From contig NC_043009.1 of the NCBI RefSeq assembly GCF_006345805.1, forward strand, positions 22,382,001 through 22,446,000: a stretch of DNA of 64,000 bases. The letters run 5' to 3'. Of this stretch, positions 63,496 through 64,000 are shown piece by piece. Source of the DNA: Octopus sinensis (lineage: Eukaryota). Positions within the stretch are counted from its first letter, which is position 1, and each line of letters opens with the position of its first letter. The notes under the pieces were generated by a model. That model did not search any database, was not told where the DNA came from, and worked only from the letters and a program-made list of their open reading frames with translations. Position numbers and translations under genes: made by a program.

Positions 63496-64000
63496 TAGGT
63501 CTTATATTCGTCCTAAAATACTTTCCTGTCACACACTCACGCACACGCACGCACACACACACACACACCCTCACACACACACACACGCACCCTCACACAC
63601 ACATACACATGCACACACACACTCACACACACGCACGTTAGCTTACAATTTTATTTATATATTTGCGTGTCTATGTGTGTAAAGAGGAAGTGGCAGACTG
63701 AAAGAGTCACTCACTACAAAAGGTGAATTACTTTCATTTTATTCCTTGCACACTGTGTGTGTGCGTGTGGTGTAAAACACATTAAGAAAAGCATTTGACA
63801 TACACACCAGAATGTGAGTTTTCTGTAAATTTTGCTTAATTGGAGTTTAAATTTTAAAAAGTGGACCTGGCAAAACCCGATGCATTCTACTCTTAAAAAT
63901 GCTAAGTAAATTGTAATTGAAGAAATCCTATATTGTAGATTTCTATAACTGACAAAGGGAGGCAGATAAAATCTGCCTTTTATAATAAGAGATATATATA

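Larger units (their letters stand above)
61693..63992 (-). mobile_element. Composite non-autonomous Helitron, copy 2
   Basis: Same architecture as copy 1. The 3' hairpin is cccgagcaacgccgggc followed by CTAG; the inner 5' end is mutated TC to TA at 62544-62545; the outer TC is at 63991-63992. It is flanked by (TA)n. Confidence 0.85.

Overview
AT-rich, microsatellite-laden eukaryotic DNA. The SINE/LINE repertoire and the (TA)n/(CA)n/(TACA)n load point to an octopus (cephalopod) genome; this is an inference. The only host gene I can identify is GEMIN5 on the minus strand. Two exons (47109-47246, 138 nt; 4532-4679, 148 nt) encode part of the TPR-like dimerization domain, splice in frame, and are separated by a 42.4-kb intron. 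The rest is intron filled with mobile DNA: several tRNA-derived SINE families, 5'-truncated RTE LINEs, a degenerate Neptune-type Penelope-like element (RT + GIY-YIG), three related non-autonomous Helitrons (two are 2.2-2.3-kb composites carrying a Pif1-helicase fragment and a 166-bp satellite), and mariner/Tc1, hAT and TTAA-type MITEs. The most interesting signal is a set of type I hammerhead ribozyme motifs from three distinct families. Four copies sit in two fold-back (palindromic) non-autonomous elements inserted in (TA)n, one is stand-alone near the GEMIN5 exon, and one degenerate motif lies at the Penelope 3' end. A 42-bp minisatellite appears to have arisen from the end of an RTE ORF. 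Almost all ORFs in the supplied track are microsatellite or SINE artefacts. SINE/LINE boundaries are read by eye (about +/-10-20 bp); none of the calls has been checked against a database.
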